The notes: generated by a model not told the origin, from the letters alone. Numbered from the whole stretch's first letter, positions 36,916 to 50,214 are shown. The stretch is 60,067 nt of DNA, filler included, from Platydemus manokwari (GCA_037951405.1; 5 parts of 5 records of this genome joined end to end with filler, not necessarily neighbours in it); one strand, 5' to 3'. A program made the numbers and translations.

Positions 36916-38629
36916 TTATAAATTAGCGAGGATAAAAATAAGTAATTATAGATTATTGAACAAGTTAGGAGCTTATTGATTCCATTTAAAATTTAAAAAA
37001 TTAAAAGTCATATAGAAGTGTTGTGATTATAATAGGAACTTGGATTAGCAATTCTATTAGGACAAAATAATTTAAAACAAAGATATACTTTGATTATTCC
37101 GCGTTTTTCTTGTTTTTTGAGATTTTTTCTTTATCGACGTAAAACTGCTTTGAAAATTGTTATTTTCTGTTTGCTCGATTTCAAAAATCCTGTATGAAAG
37201 TAATGGGCAAAATAAACGAGGGGATGGTGTTACAACAACATTTAAACACCACTTTTTTATAAATTATAAATAATCACTTCACTATGAAATCGGTTGTCAT
37301 TACAAGAAATGGGAAAAATGAAGAAAGCAATTATATTAACTTAGTAATCATAAAATTGATCCCTGCTAATTAAAATTCCGTAATACGATAAAGACACTCA
37401 TAAAAACAATAAAGAAAATTTTGGAAGAGAATTTCCAAAAGACTACATTTTATTTATTGTCGAATATTTTTATAAACAGTTTCATTGTTTTGATATATTT
37501 ATGATAATTTTCAATCATAAAATTCAAAAAAACGAATATTATTGTTATTTAATCGAATTTTACAAAATCCAAATATCTTCATATTTCCAAACTCTTCTCC
37601 AGACAATTTCTGAATTCTTCTAAAACCTTTCTTTTAATCAAACTCGCAGCAATTTGACTAGTCCATGCTCGCACTATCTTTTATTTTTGACTGCATTACT
37701 CAACCGATATTTGTGTTTACTACTATTTATTTATTTGTATTATCTACGTTGTATATGTTGTATTATATCACCATTGACTTTAACTTTGTTGCTAAAACCA
37801 AATAATTATTTGAAATCTAAATTAAATTACTTCAAAAAGTCAGATGTTGACGATATTTAATTTAAACTTCCTTCGTTAGCAAAGTTCACTTAAACAACTT
37901 AAATGTTTCATCTGTCGTAAGTATTGCTGACCCTTAATGAACCAAAACGGAATCAATATGCCATTTTAATTAACTGGGGGTTATACACTTATATGAGGGC
38001 TATATACTTATTATTTGATATCATTATTATATCAATGATTGGGTTATTGCAATATTACAAACAATTTATTAAGTTTAAAAGAAATTGTAATGAATTATGG
38101 AGATAACAAAATAATCAGTAATTCCACAAATAGTTTTCAAAAAAGATCGTAGAGAAGATACAACGAATCAAATTATGCTCGGATAGAAAATAAATAATTT
38201 TAAAAATATTGTAATATTTGATTAGTACCGATATTCCAACATTCCAGAAAACTAATCTATTCAGTCAGATATTTTAAATATTTCATTTTCATTACGGATA
38301 AAAAATCATGTCATCTTTAATTGCTCAAAGCGTAACAGACTTTTCTATTTCAGGATTTCTCCGCATTAATTAATTTTAGTAAATAAAAATTACAGTCACG
38401 ATTCAAGGCCTTGAAGTTTATAATAATAGAAGTTATGATATCTTCTGAAAACTAGTTAAAGTATTTACTATTCTGTCTCGCATTGACAAACGGAAAGAAT
38501 AAAGTACAAGTTGTTATATCCACTATTCATAACATTAAACGGTATAAATTTGAAAAAATTTATTATAGTAAATGATTATAGTCAACAATTTCAAACCGAA
38601 CAATTAGCTTAGAAGAAAATATAACTGTC

Positions 38630-39516
38630 ATATTATGCGTACACAAGGAAAACAGGCGCGTACATTTTTAAAAAGCTTGCGCACACAAAGGAAAAACGTC
38701 AGTGCACAAAAGTTTCTTACTCAGAACAAAGTACTCGCTCAATGACAAAAACTTTGTTTAAATTTCGGTTTTGAGAATGGGATTTTTATTTCTTTAGCAA
38801 AGAAAAAAAATAATTTAAGTATGATTTTATGATTGTTGAAAACAAGGGCTGTGTAACAAAAATTTATGCATATGGACCTAACAAAAGAAGATTTATCATT
38901 AAGCTGTGTTGAAAACTCAAGAACAAAATAAAGAAATGAATAAATACAGTCTTTTTGTCCTTTTTGGACGTGTTAACCTGTATATATATACATATATATT
39001 TTATAATTGTTCATAATTTGCGACATTGAGTTTGGAAATGACGAAATCTGTTCTTCGTGTAAGAAATGTTCGGTTTTTCTTAGTGCACCAGAACGAATTA
39101 TAAGATAACAGTACAATAATTTCAAATTTTATGCACAAAGAAAATTGAGATTAAAATCTGTGAATGGTTTTCTACAACTCGTGCTACTTTCTTATAAAAG
39201 TCAAGAATATTCTGATTTGGGAAAGTTGATGGTACATTTATGTTATCAAGTGCAAATTGTGAAAGAGGATTTAGTTTAATGAATTCCATTAAAACCAACC
39301 ATAGAAATAGAATGAATGAAATACATCTGGACATGATTGTAAGAATTAATAACTTTATTCAAAGTAATGTTATGGTTGATTTAGATTGTGTGTACAAAGG
39401 TTGAGTCTTGTAAAGAAATAGTCTATATAATGAATAAATTGTTTTCTTGTCTTATGTTCATTCACAACACCAAATATTTCGCACAAAGACTTTCAAAAAT
39501 TAGACGGAACATTGGT
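38630..39516 (+). mobile_element. Internally deleted hAT transposon (ZNF862-like clade)
   Basis: 39231-39403 encodes TFMLSSANCERGFSLMNSIKTNHRNRMNEIHLDMIVRI (hAT C-terminal dimerisation domain, PF05699). Subterminal gcgcac/gcacaca repeats. Ends shared with 7511-7840. Confidence 0.85.
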
Positions 39517-39526
39517 TTCTATGTGT

Positions 39527-39681
39527 AAGCTTTAAAATCTTTATAATTGATTTATTATGTTAATAACTAATTCGTGATCATTCATAAAACATTAATATCA
39601 CACGTATTTATATTAATATTTTATGAATGATCACGAATTAAGTATTAACATAATAAATCAATTATAAAGATTTTAAAGCTT
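39527..39681. repeat. 155-bp near-perfect palindrome (72-bp arms)
   Basis: 39527-39598 vs 39610-39681, 69/72 complementary, 11-nt loop. Confidence 0.95.
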
Positions 39682-40393
39682 TACATATCAGCGAAATTAA
39701 TTTTTGCGACCGCATACATTTTAAATTTAAAATATCAACATCTGACCGTCTTAAATCTTACTTATGTTCGTATTAAATAATAATTTTTACTAATTTATAA
39801 TGAAAAGAGAGGTAGTGTGATTTTTTAGTAGTATAATGATAGTTAATTGCCGTTTAAAAGAAATTCAAAACCAATTAATCATTAAAATGACACTTCAGAG
39901 ATATCTGACAATAGAAATGTATCAATACCAGCAACAGCTAAGTGTTATAATTTCTTTGTAAAATAGAGAATAAATATTTTACAAACAAAAGCACATTGAT
40001 GTCAGCCAAAATCAAAGTTTTTGAATAAATTTTTTTAATTAAGATATTAATCACCTTAAAAATCAACTATTGTTTTACCAGATCAGATGCTGTGTGATAA
40101 GTCATAATTTCTACAACCAATTGAAATTTGTATATAATTACGATAAATTCTTTTCAGTTAAATTATAGTTATTTGAGACTTTGAAATTTTTTAATAATAT
40201 TTTATCAAGTGCATAATTTGGTCCCGATAGTCATTTGGTATTAAATCTTATATTCATCATCAAATCGCCAATTGTCAAGTATTTCAAGTAATTTTCGAAG
40301 CATTTTAAATTATTTTATTTTAAAAAAACATTATTTCATATTTTAAAATATTAAAAGTCATAGTAATTTGCTTTTCAATACGTAACAGTATTT

Positions 40394-40493
40394 NNNNNNN
40401 NNNNNNNNNNNNNNNNNNNNNNNNNNNNNNNNNNNNNTTAATTAATTAANNNNNNNNNNNNNNNNNNNNNNNNNNNNNNNNNNNNNNNNNNNN
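40394..40493. other. Artificial contig spacer
   Basis: 44 N + TTAATTAATTAA + 44 N. Confidence 0.97.
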
Positions 40494-43400
40494 TTAAATT
40501 TATTCATTGAAATACAAATTTTAACTCATTTTTGTAAAAGCCGGAATCATACTAATACACCTAATATATTGGATGTTTATAATAATAATTTTCCATAAAT
40601 ATTTAATGATCAAAATGATATAATTTAATAATATCTGAAAAACTCCATGAAAGAAAAACCCATTAATGAATTTATCTAAAAATTAATATAAGAAATAACC
40701 ATTAACATATTATCGCGCAATAACATTAGCAAATAATTTGTCGCATGATTTAATGCAATAAATAGAGCAATGAATAAAATATTAGAAATTGAAATTGTAT
40801 AGAATTTCTCCCTGTTATAATAAATTTAATTATAGAGAAATTCCAACAATAACAATTGTAGAGAATTTCTATACGTGACTCGTCGCTGCTTATATAAAGC
40901 AGTAATCGCAATTATTTCATGCACAATTTGAATATAAAAAGAGTTAGCACAAGATTTGCAATTAATGCCAGCAAGAAAGGAGATCATCTGAGTCGGAGAT
41001 CAGAATTTCATGTATATCCAGTATTTTACTGGAAGGCTAAACAATAAGATACATTTCTATAAAATACTTATCAATATTATAATATAATCTGTTACTATCG
41101 AGTTTTGTCTCAAGCATCTTCAAAGTAATTGGTTTAACTTCAAGAATGTGGAATTTATTAACCATGAGCTTCATCCAGGAATTATTAAGGTTCGTTATAA
41201 GTTTTAATATATATTGCATTATTGAAATCAGCTTGTAAATTTTATTTTATTATTTTTTTATTAGTCAATTTGTCTCAATGCTATTTAATAATATAATAAT
41301 ATTAAATATAATAATAAGCCTTAGCTATTGATTAAATAGAAATCCTAGACCATTGTTCATTATCACTGGTGTCATCCGCGTTTAGGAATCAAGATGTGGT
41401 ACATAAATTGAGACTGATGATTAAGATATATCAATATTGCCACACTTATTGTCTACAAAGAATACAGTTGTGTGAGATGAAGAATAAAATAGTAAAAATG
41501 TACATTACACTGCAACCTTAATAAAGAGCTCATCGAGACTGATTATGGCAAATAGAAATAGATTGATAAAAGTAAAATTACGAAACAAGAAGGTAACAAT
41601 ATTATTCATTTATTTTTAACTCATTCATATTATTTATTTATTTTTATTAACATTTATTTATTGATTTATTTCTATAAATAGTTTTACATGTTGAGCTCTT
41701 CAATAAAATTAAACGTATTTCAGTGTAAATAGGATTAATTAGATATATTGCAAGTCTGTGTATAATCAATAAAATAATAGAACATGGTAGATATTACCTT
41801 ATTTCTAACGTCTTTTCCCGAAAAATATGAAAAAGGTAAAAATTATCTAAACTATTATTCGACACATACTACTGAATCTCAGATCAATTCAATGGTGTAA
41901 ATGAATTTCTTTCCGGTTTTTTTTAAATACTTTTACTTTCACATTCCTAAAGTTATATTACTCAAATCAAATTCTAATCTCCATTCAAATTTTCTTACAA
42001 TTATGGTTTTTTAGAATTTAATTATGTCACTTGGAAAGTCGCCTTCATGTTGTTTTAATGGAGCTGGAGTAAATCTTTCCAGTATTTGCTCGACTCACAT
42101 AATTACTAGCTCATTTTCAGCAACAAACTTTAATCTAATGAAATCACTAGTAGAAATCGATATAAATAATTTCAATTTATTTTTCGAGAAAGCCCAATTC
42201 AATTTAATCCCAAAATTCTGATAAATAGTTTTATCAAGGAATTTGTTTTGATTTTTTTTAAATATTTTCACAGGGAATTGCTTTTAAACTATAAAGTAAA
42301 GGATCTTTAATTTAATTTTTTAATTACTTTTTCTCTTATTGACAAAGGTTTTATCCGTGCAATAATTGGTCTATTAGGGAGTGAGTAAAGAAAAATCCAA
42401 TTCGGTAATACTTGGAATATTTTACTTTTTATAGTAAATTCATTAATTAAATTGGGAATAACAATGTCTTTATTAGCTGCAATTCTGGGATCAACCTTAC
42501 TTTGAGCCAGTGTAAATTTTAAAAATAATATTTAAATATAAGAGACTAAGTTTATAATTATTTTTTAAATTCCAATATTTCCGATTTATGCCTTTTAAAG
42601 TGAATTAAAATTTAAAAAATTAAATTTACGTATTTTTAAATATTTTTAAATAAATATTAAAGCATATTAAGATGAAAAATAACGAGCTGTTTTAACATAT
42701 CTTTAACAGTCAATATTATGTTTAATAATTTCTTATTTTTATGGGTAGTGATCTGATCTGGCAGAAAACAAAAGATCTGGCATGTAAATTATAAATAAAT
42801 TTAAAATTATAGATCAATGTTGGGTTTCAGAGAAAATAAGAAGAACGTATTTTGTTGGGCTCCCCAACATTTCATTGATGGTTCAATGAGAATTTGATAA
42901 TTATTTTAAAAATTAAAATCGAAATAAAAATTTTTATAATTTTGTTTGATTTGATACATTTTTTAACTACATGTTATTTATTCCCTCTAAAATGACTCGA
43001 CACAAACACTGATCTTTAAGAAATAAATCATACGCCCAGTCTGAGTTTGCAAACAGTTGTGACGATGTAAAAGATCAGAGTTCTAGCCTTACAATCCAAT
43101 TTGTCTTTAACGTAAAATTATTTATAGTACAAGAAAATTTATTATTATTAATTTTATATATATATATATATATAATAAAATGAGTAAGATTATTAAATGA
43201 CTGACATGCAAACCTGTATATTCGACCAAAAACCAATGAATCAAAATCAATACTCAATTAAAAAAATGTCACGCAGAGTTTTAAGAATCAAATCGAAACT
43301 GGAACAACGCACAAAAGATAGAAAAAAATATACAACGGCAAAGAAGATTGAGAATTTTTAGTAAGAATTTTTAATAATCCAATGTATAGTTTATTTCTGT

Positions 43401-43661
43401 TTATGAAATAATCGAATGAACAATCCCTCAATCTATTTGCATAAATGATTAACGGAATATTTTTCATAGAGACATTCAAATATTGATTTTTTCGACGTTA
43501 ATAGTTTCAAGCTTTATTTTGATTTACATACAAGATCATTTGGTAGAATAATTTCCAATCAGAAGTAATAACACAAATTATATAATAAATAACTTAAATA
43601 TCACTTTCTTTCCTGTTTAATAAGGATATCAACATCAATTGAAGACTCTGGTTTAATAACA

Positions 43662-44066
43662 TACGAGGTGGGACACAAGTAAAGCAAAATCTTTGAACTA
43701 TTATTTTATAGCTCCAGTCATAATTTTAAAGACCGTTCAGAATTGATTTGGATTTTAAATTTTCTTCATCAATTTATCGCTTGTTGAAAGAGTTAATGTG
43801 CAGCAGAATGCCTCAAACAATCGAAGAATTGACTGCAGTAATCACAAATGGTGTACAATCAACTGACAATGAATTGTGCGAAAGGGTATGCCAACCGTAT
43901 CTTCAATGCTGCAGAAATGTTTTAACAGTGATGGTCATAATTTTTGAAGAATTAATTCGAACAGGAACTGAAGTGACGGTTTTGTTGTGTTTGAATAAAA
44001 ATTTAATATCTTATTAGTATTTTTTATTTTAATTTCAGAATTGGCGTTATTTTGTAATACTCTATA
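43662..44066 (+). mobile_element. Tc1/mariner transposon remnant
   Basis: PQTIEELTAVITNGVQSTDNELCERVC plus frameshifted QKCFNSDGHNF is typical of a Tc1/mariner transposase C-terminus. TIR-like tacgaggtg at 43662. Confidence 0.65.
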
Positions 44067-44560
44067 GGTTTTGCTCTTATTGTTGCAATTTCTAGGAATC
44101 CTTATAAATTTCTGTTGTGATTGGTGTATCAAATAAATTTATCATGAACTATGTTTTATTCAATTAAAACAGTAATCAGTGGTAACACCGGAGTTAACTT
44201 ATATTTAACAACGATACTATGGTTTGAGTCCGAAATAATTGAATTATGTTTCTAGTGATTCATCCACACAATCAATAAATTAATTGTTTATTCGTTCAGC
44301 TAGCATTTTCCTTCATAACTTTTTGTTTTCATACTGAGTTAAACATCAACTATCCAAACCAATGAAAGTAGTTATAATTATCAAATCAAATTAATAAAAA
44401 CCCATGAAATGCATTACTTTGATTTAACATTATCATTTTATAGTAGAAATTAAAAAATAATTTAACTGAAACAACAGTAAAAATAGGTCTGAAAGTCAAC
44501 AAAATAAAAATGTTGTCAATAGGATATCGATAAAGTTGTAATTAATTTTAATTTTAGATC

Positions 44561-46033
44561 ATGATTATTTTAGTCATTTTAATTATCAAAAGTCATATAA
44601 GTATAATTGATTCTCAAGCATTTTCAAAATATGTTTGGTCTGCGTGGTCGGAATGGCCTATGGCTTGCAGTTCAACTTGTAAATTAGGTCAACGGTGTCG
44701 AATGAGAAAATGTGAAGATGTTAAAGGATCTGTTGCAGAACCATCTAACTGTGGCAAACCTCAAGATGCAAAGGAATGTCAGAATTGTGTTGCTAAAGGT
44801 ATATGTCCCATAGATGCAGGTTGGAGTGAATGGTATGAATGGAGTGAGTGTAAAATGCCAGGTGGCAAAAAATGTGGCTTGGGAACAAGAGAGCGATTGC
44901 GAATTTGTAACAATCCTAAACCAAAATACGATGGAATGCAGTGTATTGGTAATTCTACTGAACATGGCGAATGTTTATCTTCATGTAGCGATCCAAGCAA
45001 TCAGCCGGGATTTCTTAAGCAATTAATTAATGAACATTTTAAAACATTGAATCACAATGTTAAATTATTAAGTCCAGGTGATCCTCTTTCATTGGACTGT
45101 TATACTGAGGCATATTTGAAAGCAAGTTCTACTGATAAAAAATTGTTTATCATCTGGAATTTCAATGGAATACCATTAAGGCCATTGAAAGAACTGATAT
45201 TGGAAGACATGAAATCTTTACAAAGTAAAATGAATAAAGCAGGAGCAAAATCTTCATTCCAATTACCGACAAGTCATATACAATTCTCTGGAAGTAAACT
45301 ATTAATTGATTCGGTAACAACAAATGATTCCGGGGTATTTACATGTGTTCTAAATTATGATTATTCAGATTTGAGTAACACGTTTTTTGTAATTATGGTT
45401 TTAGGTAAATACGAATACGCCAAAGAATTTGATATTTATACGTTTAATTCAAACACCGATGGGTTACAGAATATTGAATATTTTGATCAGGCCGAAATTA
45501 GATGGTATTTGAATCGGCAATTAATGATGAACGGTTTATTAGCTAATTTCGAAAATCGTTTTTACACAACATATGTGAATAAAAGTATGGAAGGTCATTG
45601 GGAATGTCATATATTTGCAAATTTTCGTGAAACCAAACATTGGATCGTTAATTCATTTGAATTAAAAATAAACTATCCTAGATCGGTATTGGACAAATTA
45701 ACCGATATTCCAATTCTTTACAATTTTAGTTATTATTTTCTCTTAGGAATTTTCTTAATTTTAATAATCTTTGTGACTTCTTTTTTGGTTGTGAAATTAA
45801 GAGTGAGAAATTGGCTGAACTACATTAGAAAAGAATCTATAATTGAAGAAGAAACAAAAAACAATAGAATGCTTTTGATATTAGCTCGAAAAAGAGCAAT
45901 AGAGAAAACATTTGAAATAATGATGGATGCAGGACAATTAAATCGAATGGAAGAATATGAGCCTTTACCAGATGATGATGATGATGACGATTTATCACCA
46001 CAAATGGATAATAATGATGAGGATAAAGATTAA
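44561..46033 (+). CDS. Type I membrane protein: signal peptide, 2x thrombospondin type-1 repeats, Ig-like domain(s), TM, acidic tail
   Basis: WSAWSEW..CSSTC..G.R.R and WSEWYEWSEC..CGLGTRERLRICNNP TSP1 motifs. Ig motif LDC..W..DSGVFTC. TM YFLLGIFLILIIFVTSFLVV. Single 490-aa ORF. Confidence 0.88.
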   Translation: MIILVILIIKSHISIIDSQAFSKYVWSAWSEWPMACSSTCKLGQRCRMRKCEDVKGSVAEPSNCGKPQDAKECQNCVAKGICPIDAGWSEWYEWSECKMPGGKKCGLGTRERLRICNNPKPKYDGMQCIGNSTEHGECLSSCSDPSNQPGFLKQLINEHFKTLNHNVKLLSPGDPLSLDCYTEAYLKASSTDKKLFIIWNFNGIPLRPLKELILEDMKSLQSKMNKAGAKSSFQLPTSHIQFSGSKLLIDSVTTNDSGVFTCVLNYDYSDLSNTFFVIMVLGKYEYAKEFDIYTFNSNTDGLQNIEYFDQAEIRWYLNRQLMMNGLLANFENRFYTTYVNKSMEGHWECHIFANFRETKHWIVNSFELKINYPRSVLDKLTDIPILYNFSYYFLLGIFLILIIFVTSFLVVKLRVRNWLNYIRKESIIEEETKNNRMLLILARKRAIEKTFEIMMDAGQLNRMEEYEPLPDDDDDDDLSPQMDNNDEDKD

Positions 46034-46089
46034 ATATATAATAAATGTTATTTTCATTGATTTATTTAAAACAAACAGAGATTTAAATT

Positions 46090-49000
46090 TTAAAAGGCGA
46101 ATTTCGCTCTGATCTTTTCTAAATTCTTGGCAATGTCACTGGGTTCTTTGCCAAGTTCAAGACTAATTGATCTCTGTTTTGATAGGTCCAATGTTGAAAA
46201 TGCTTCACATAAATCACCATCAATAACATTTTTACATGGGAAATAATAAGATCTATAATGTAAATGATCTCTTCCCACCAATGATATATTTTCTGCTCTG
46301 ATGTGTGATTCTAATGTCTGGAAGAATTCATAGAAATCATTGCTTTGGAATGGAACCAATATTCCAATTCCACCATTGATTGTTGTATAAACTAATGATT
46401 CCAAACCACTGGGATTCAAAGTTGCTTTCTGTAAACTGGTAACAATTTCTCCCACATAGAAATGACACAGCACCTATAATATAATATCAATCAATCTATA
46501 ATCCAATATTAATTCCATTCAATTCATTACTTCCACTTTCTGACTAGCTCCTCCTAAATGACCTCTTTCCCATAAAGCTTTACTGCCACTGGGATCTTCT
46601 TCCACATCATCAGTAACATCTTTAGGCAATCTCAAAACAGCAATATTGCCAAATTTATCTGCTGTTGCACAGGTATCATTATCAAGAATGCAAATGTGAT
46701 TCACCCATCGAGTTGTGGTGTCATCTGCAAATATAACCAATTGATTCTCGGGTCGTCGATGATATTTGACCCAGAATATACTGTCTTGCATATCAGCTAC
46801 AACAATTCTGCTCTTATGGGCTTGGATCGATACGATTCTGTATGGGAAATTCTATAAATAATTAAATATTATTAATATTTGAAATATAATTAAACAATAA
46901 TAATATGATTATAATAATAACTTATTCTCATTATATGTTGATGTAAACGGTAATATTTATAATTAATTATAACCAATACGCCTATAAATTGATTTTTAAA
47001 ATCACACACACGCACATATATTATAGAAACGTGCATGTGTGCGAGAAGAGGCGTCTGTCTATATAATCATAATTTTATAATCAAATATAATATCAATTAA
47101 TCAAAAATATAATTATATTCAATATAATGTTAATATATTATCAGACAGATCATATACAATACATCAAAACTTACTTTATTAACAGCTTTCCTTAACAATT
47201 TCTTCTTGCCCATATCATATATAATTAATCGATTTGATAATCCAACCAATAATCTTCCTTGAAAACTGCACATAGCATCTGGAGAATCATCAACATTGGT
47301 AACATGAACTAATTCAAGGAAATCTGATGATTTGGATATTTTATAAGATCTAATATTGCCACCACTATTGCTATAAGGGGATAAAACACAATCTATCACT
47401 GTACCAATCACAATATATTGTTCATCCGGTCTGTAATAAAATGGTTATTTCATTGATCAATCAACAAATAATATCACCTTGTTGAGAATTTGGCCATTAC
47501 CATGGATACTGCAGCTTCATTTTGTGGTAATTCGATTTGTTGAATGACAGTACCATCCAAAGGTTTGATCACTTTAATCACACTAGCCCAGAACCCTGTT
47601 CCAGCTTTAGCAGCACCGAATACATCCTCGGGTAAATTCTCTGCTAAAAATGCAGTTGCCATTTCATTAGCTAATTCTTGTTCTTCATCGCCTGGAGCTT
47701 CTTGCATTTTGAGAGCAATTTGTTGTTTGCGATCTTCTTTAGATTGACGTGTATATGCATTGTGATCAGTTTCTATAATGATAGCATTTCCTGATTGAGG
47801 GTGTAAAACAAATCTTCGTGGTGTGTATGTCAATGGATGAGATATTTGATTAAATATTGTTCCCAATTTTTCCAGAGCAAGAATTCGTAAGGAATTCTGA
47901 TAAATCGCCACAATACCTTCAGGACATTGTTCAGATGAAAATCCACTAGCATATTCCAATGCTTCATAACTCATTGGGGTCAAATGGAATCTATTTTGAT
48001 AAGTATAACTCAACCAAGGCCTAGTAGATACAGCCAATACAGCTTCACTGCCTTGAACAATGATTCTGAATAATTTGACGGGTTGTGATCCAAGATAACG
48101 TGTTCGAGTATCTGATAATTCACCTTTGACTGGATCGAGTACAGTTCGAAGTAATCCACCATTTTGTAATCCAATATTCAAATATAACGTTCCCGTACTA
48201 CCTTTTTGTTGATCCGATTGATCATTACTACCTAATTCAGCAATGCAAAGAGATTCTGGATTAACAGGCAATCCTTGCATTGTCAATTGCGTTAAACAAG
48301 CCGAGGGATCCAACAAATATACTCTTACAGTTTGATCACTCAGACCAACTGCTAAAAATCGAGAACGTTGCTCATCCGCTGGCACTGAACCAAGAGCCAT
48401 ACAAATAATATCGGCTGGGGCCTCTTTGCGGCCTTGAAATTCATTTAATTGTCCAGAATTGGCATCCATCTCAAAATAGACCAATTCGTTGCCTGTCAAT
48501 GCTATGACAACCTGGCGTCGATTAAGAGCACATTTAACGATAGTTTTCTTAAGAGGCGCTCTCCATACATGAACACGTCTATCTGGTCTTATGTGACGAA
48601 TACCATCAGGATAAACTTGAACCAAAGCATCATCACCGAGTTGTGCACACATAAGAGTTGGTGTTGTTCCTAGAAATCCACTATCAGTTACTTCTTCAAC
48701 TGTTTCACCAATAGATAAAACTAGTGTAGCATTTACGAATGACACAACAATATAAGCATCATATAATTCATCCATAGTTCTTTTCACTGTCCAAACGGCA
48801 TTAGGATGACCGGGTAAATCAGATTTGGCCATGACAGACACTTCCAATCCATGTGATAGAAGTCTTAGAGATGATCGAGGTCCACGACCACATAAAACAG
48901 CAAGTTGTGGTGTATCTTCGTTTGTCAAATCAGCAATGTGGCAACCAATAATCGGAGCTAAGCTATTCATTTCATCTATTTGGACCAAATTTTTAAGACT

Positions 49001-50214
49001 TCTGGGAGCAAAATAAAAAGTATCTCCTTCCTCAAGAGGCATAGCCGACGAAAATTCAGGTTCATCGTCTCCATCAGCGAGATTTGTTATTTGATACAAA
49101 TAATGATTTCCGAATTCGGTGGCGACGAATAAAAATCCGGTTTTCAGAACACACATAGATGTTGCAACAGGAACGGTATCGAAATACTTCAATCTCATTT
49201 CTCGAACCATTTCACAATCAGTTTCTAAAGTAATTTTGAAAATGTCGCCTTGTTCGGTTTGAGCCAGAAAGAAAAATAATTTCTTTTTTGTTGTATGAGT
49301 GGCGCTACACACGAATAACATCCCTCTTTCTGGATCTTCTAAATCATTTCTTCGTCTAGGTATTGGACAACGAATATCAGGTTGATCTCCAAAATTTTTG
49401 TAAGTAATATAATTTTCTGAACAAATAATAATCCCTGAAGGGCCTTCTTTAGATCCTGGAACAGAAATGAGAAAATTAGCGTTTTCTTCTAACCTTTCAC
49501 TGTACTTTCGAACAACATGATTTAAACCCAAATCCAATTCATAATAAGTTAAATTTTTACGAATATCTTCGATCGATTTACCAGTAGTATCAGAATCGGC
49601 ATCAGAATAATCAACTTCAATAACTGCAAAAGTTGGATTTTCATATCCAACATCAACTCCAATCATATGTAATGTTAAAGTATTTGATCGGTGAGCTTCT
49701 AGCGGTGATGAAATTGTTAAATTACTTTCTGAATCTCGATTAAGTATGTAAACCATTTTTTGTTTTTCAATGGCACCGATCATTATAGCTCTACCACTTG
49801 GATCCATTGCCAAAAATTGACCAGGAATAATTCTACGACATCCGCTTTTACCATAAGTTTCTTGTTGCAATTTAACAAAAATGTTTTTAGACGGTATATA
49901 TTCCAAAATCACAATTCTACCAGAGTCACTAGCTACTACAAGGTAATCTACAAAAATATCATATAAATATACTAGTTGACCTCTAAAATACCTTTTATTC
50001 CAGTTAAATGAAAGGCGTATATTCCTCGAATAATTCCAAAAACTTCTGTGGATAAAAGCGTTTGGATTTTACCTGAAGTTGTATCTGGGCGTAGTAATTC
50101 TAAAACCTTTCCTTTAGCTACAGCTATTTCTTGAGCTTTTGTTCCAGAAAAATGACCGTGAACTGCTTCAATAATTGAAGTGCTTTTTTGTAGTGTTAAA
50201 TTATACAATTTCAT
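46090..50214 (-). CDS. SF3B3: Splicing factor 3B subunit 3 (SAP130/Rse1), 5 exons, 1217 aa
   Basis: Exons 50214-49992, 49947-47478, 47430-47175, 46851-46531, 46473-46090 total 3654 nt in frame. Hallmarks MKLYNLTLQ, QETYGKSGCRRIIPGQ, YYELDLGLNHVVRK, GRDHLHYRSYYFP, KNVIDGDLCE. Confidence 0.98.
46975..47056 (-). ncRNA. Candidate intronic structured RNA (hairpin) in SF3B3 intron 3
   Basis: GC-richer island in a 323-nt AT-rich intron. cacacatgcacgt pairs with atgtgcgtgtgtg, closed by cgcct/aggcg. Confidence 0.3.

Noticed and set aside
40553-40802. TAA-as-Gln alternative genetic code
   Set aside because: Host genes terminate at TAA/TAG normally, and frequent TAA is expected in decayed AT-rich DNA.
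43135-43175. (TA)n and other short microsatellites (also 3284-3325, 57640-57670)
   Set aside because: Ordinary simple repeats.
47544-49966. Plus-strand ORFs inside SF3B3
   Set aside because: Antisense shadows of the large SF3B3 exon.
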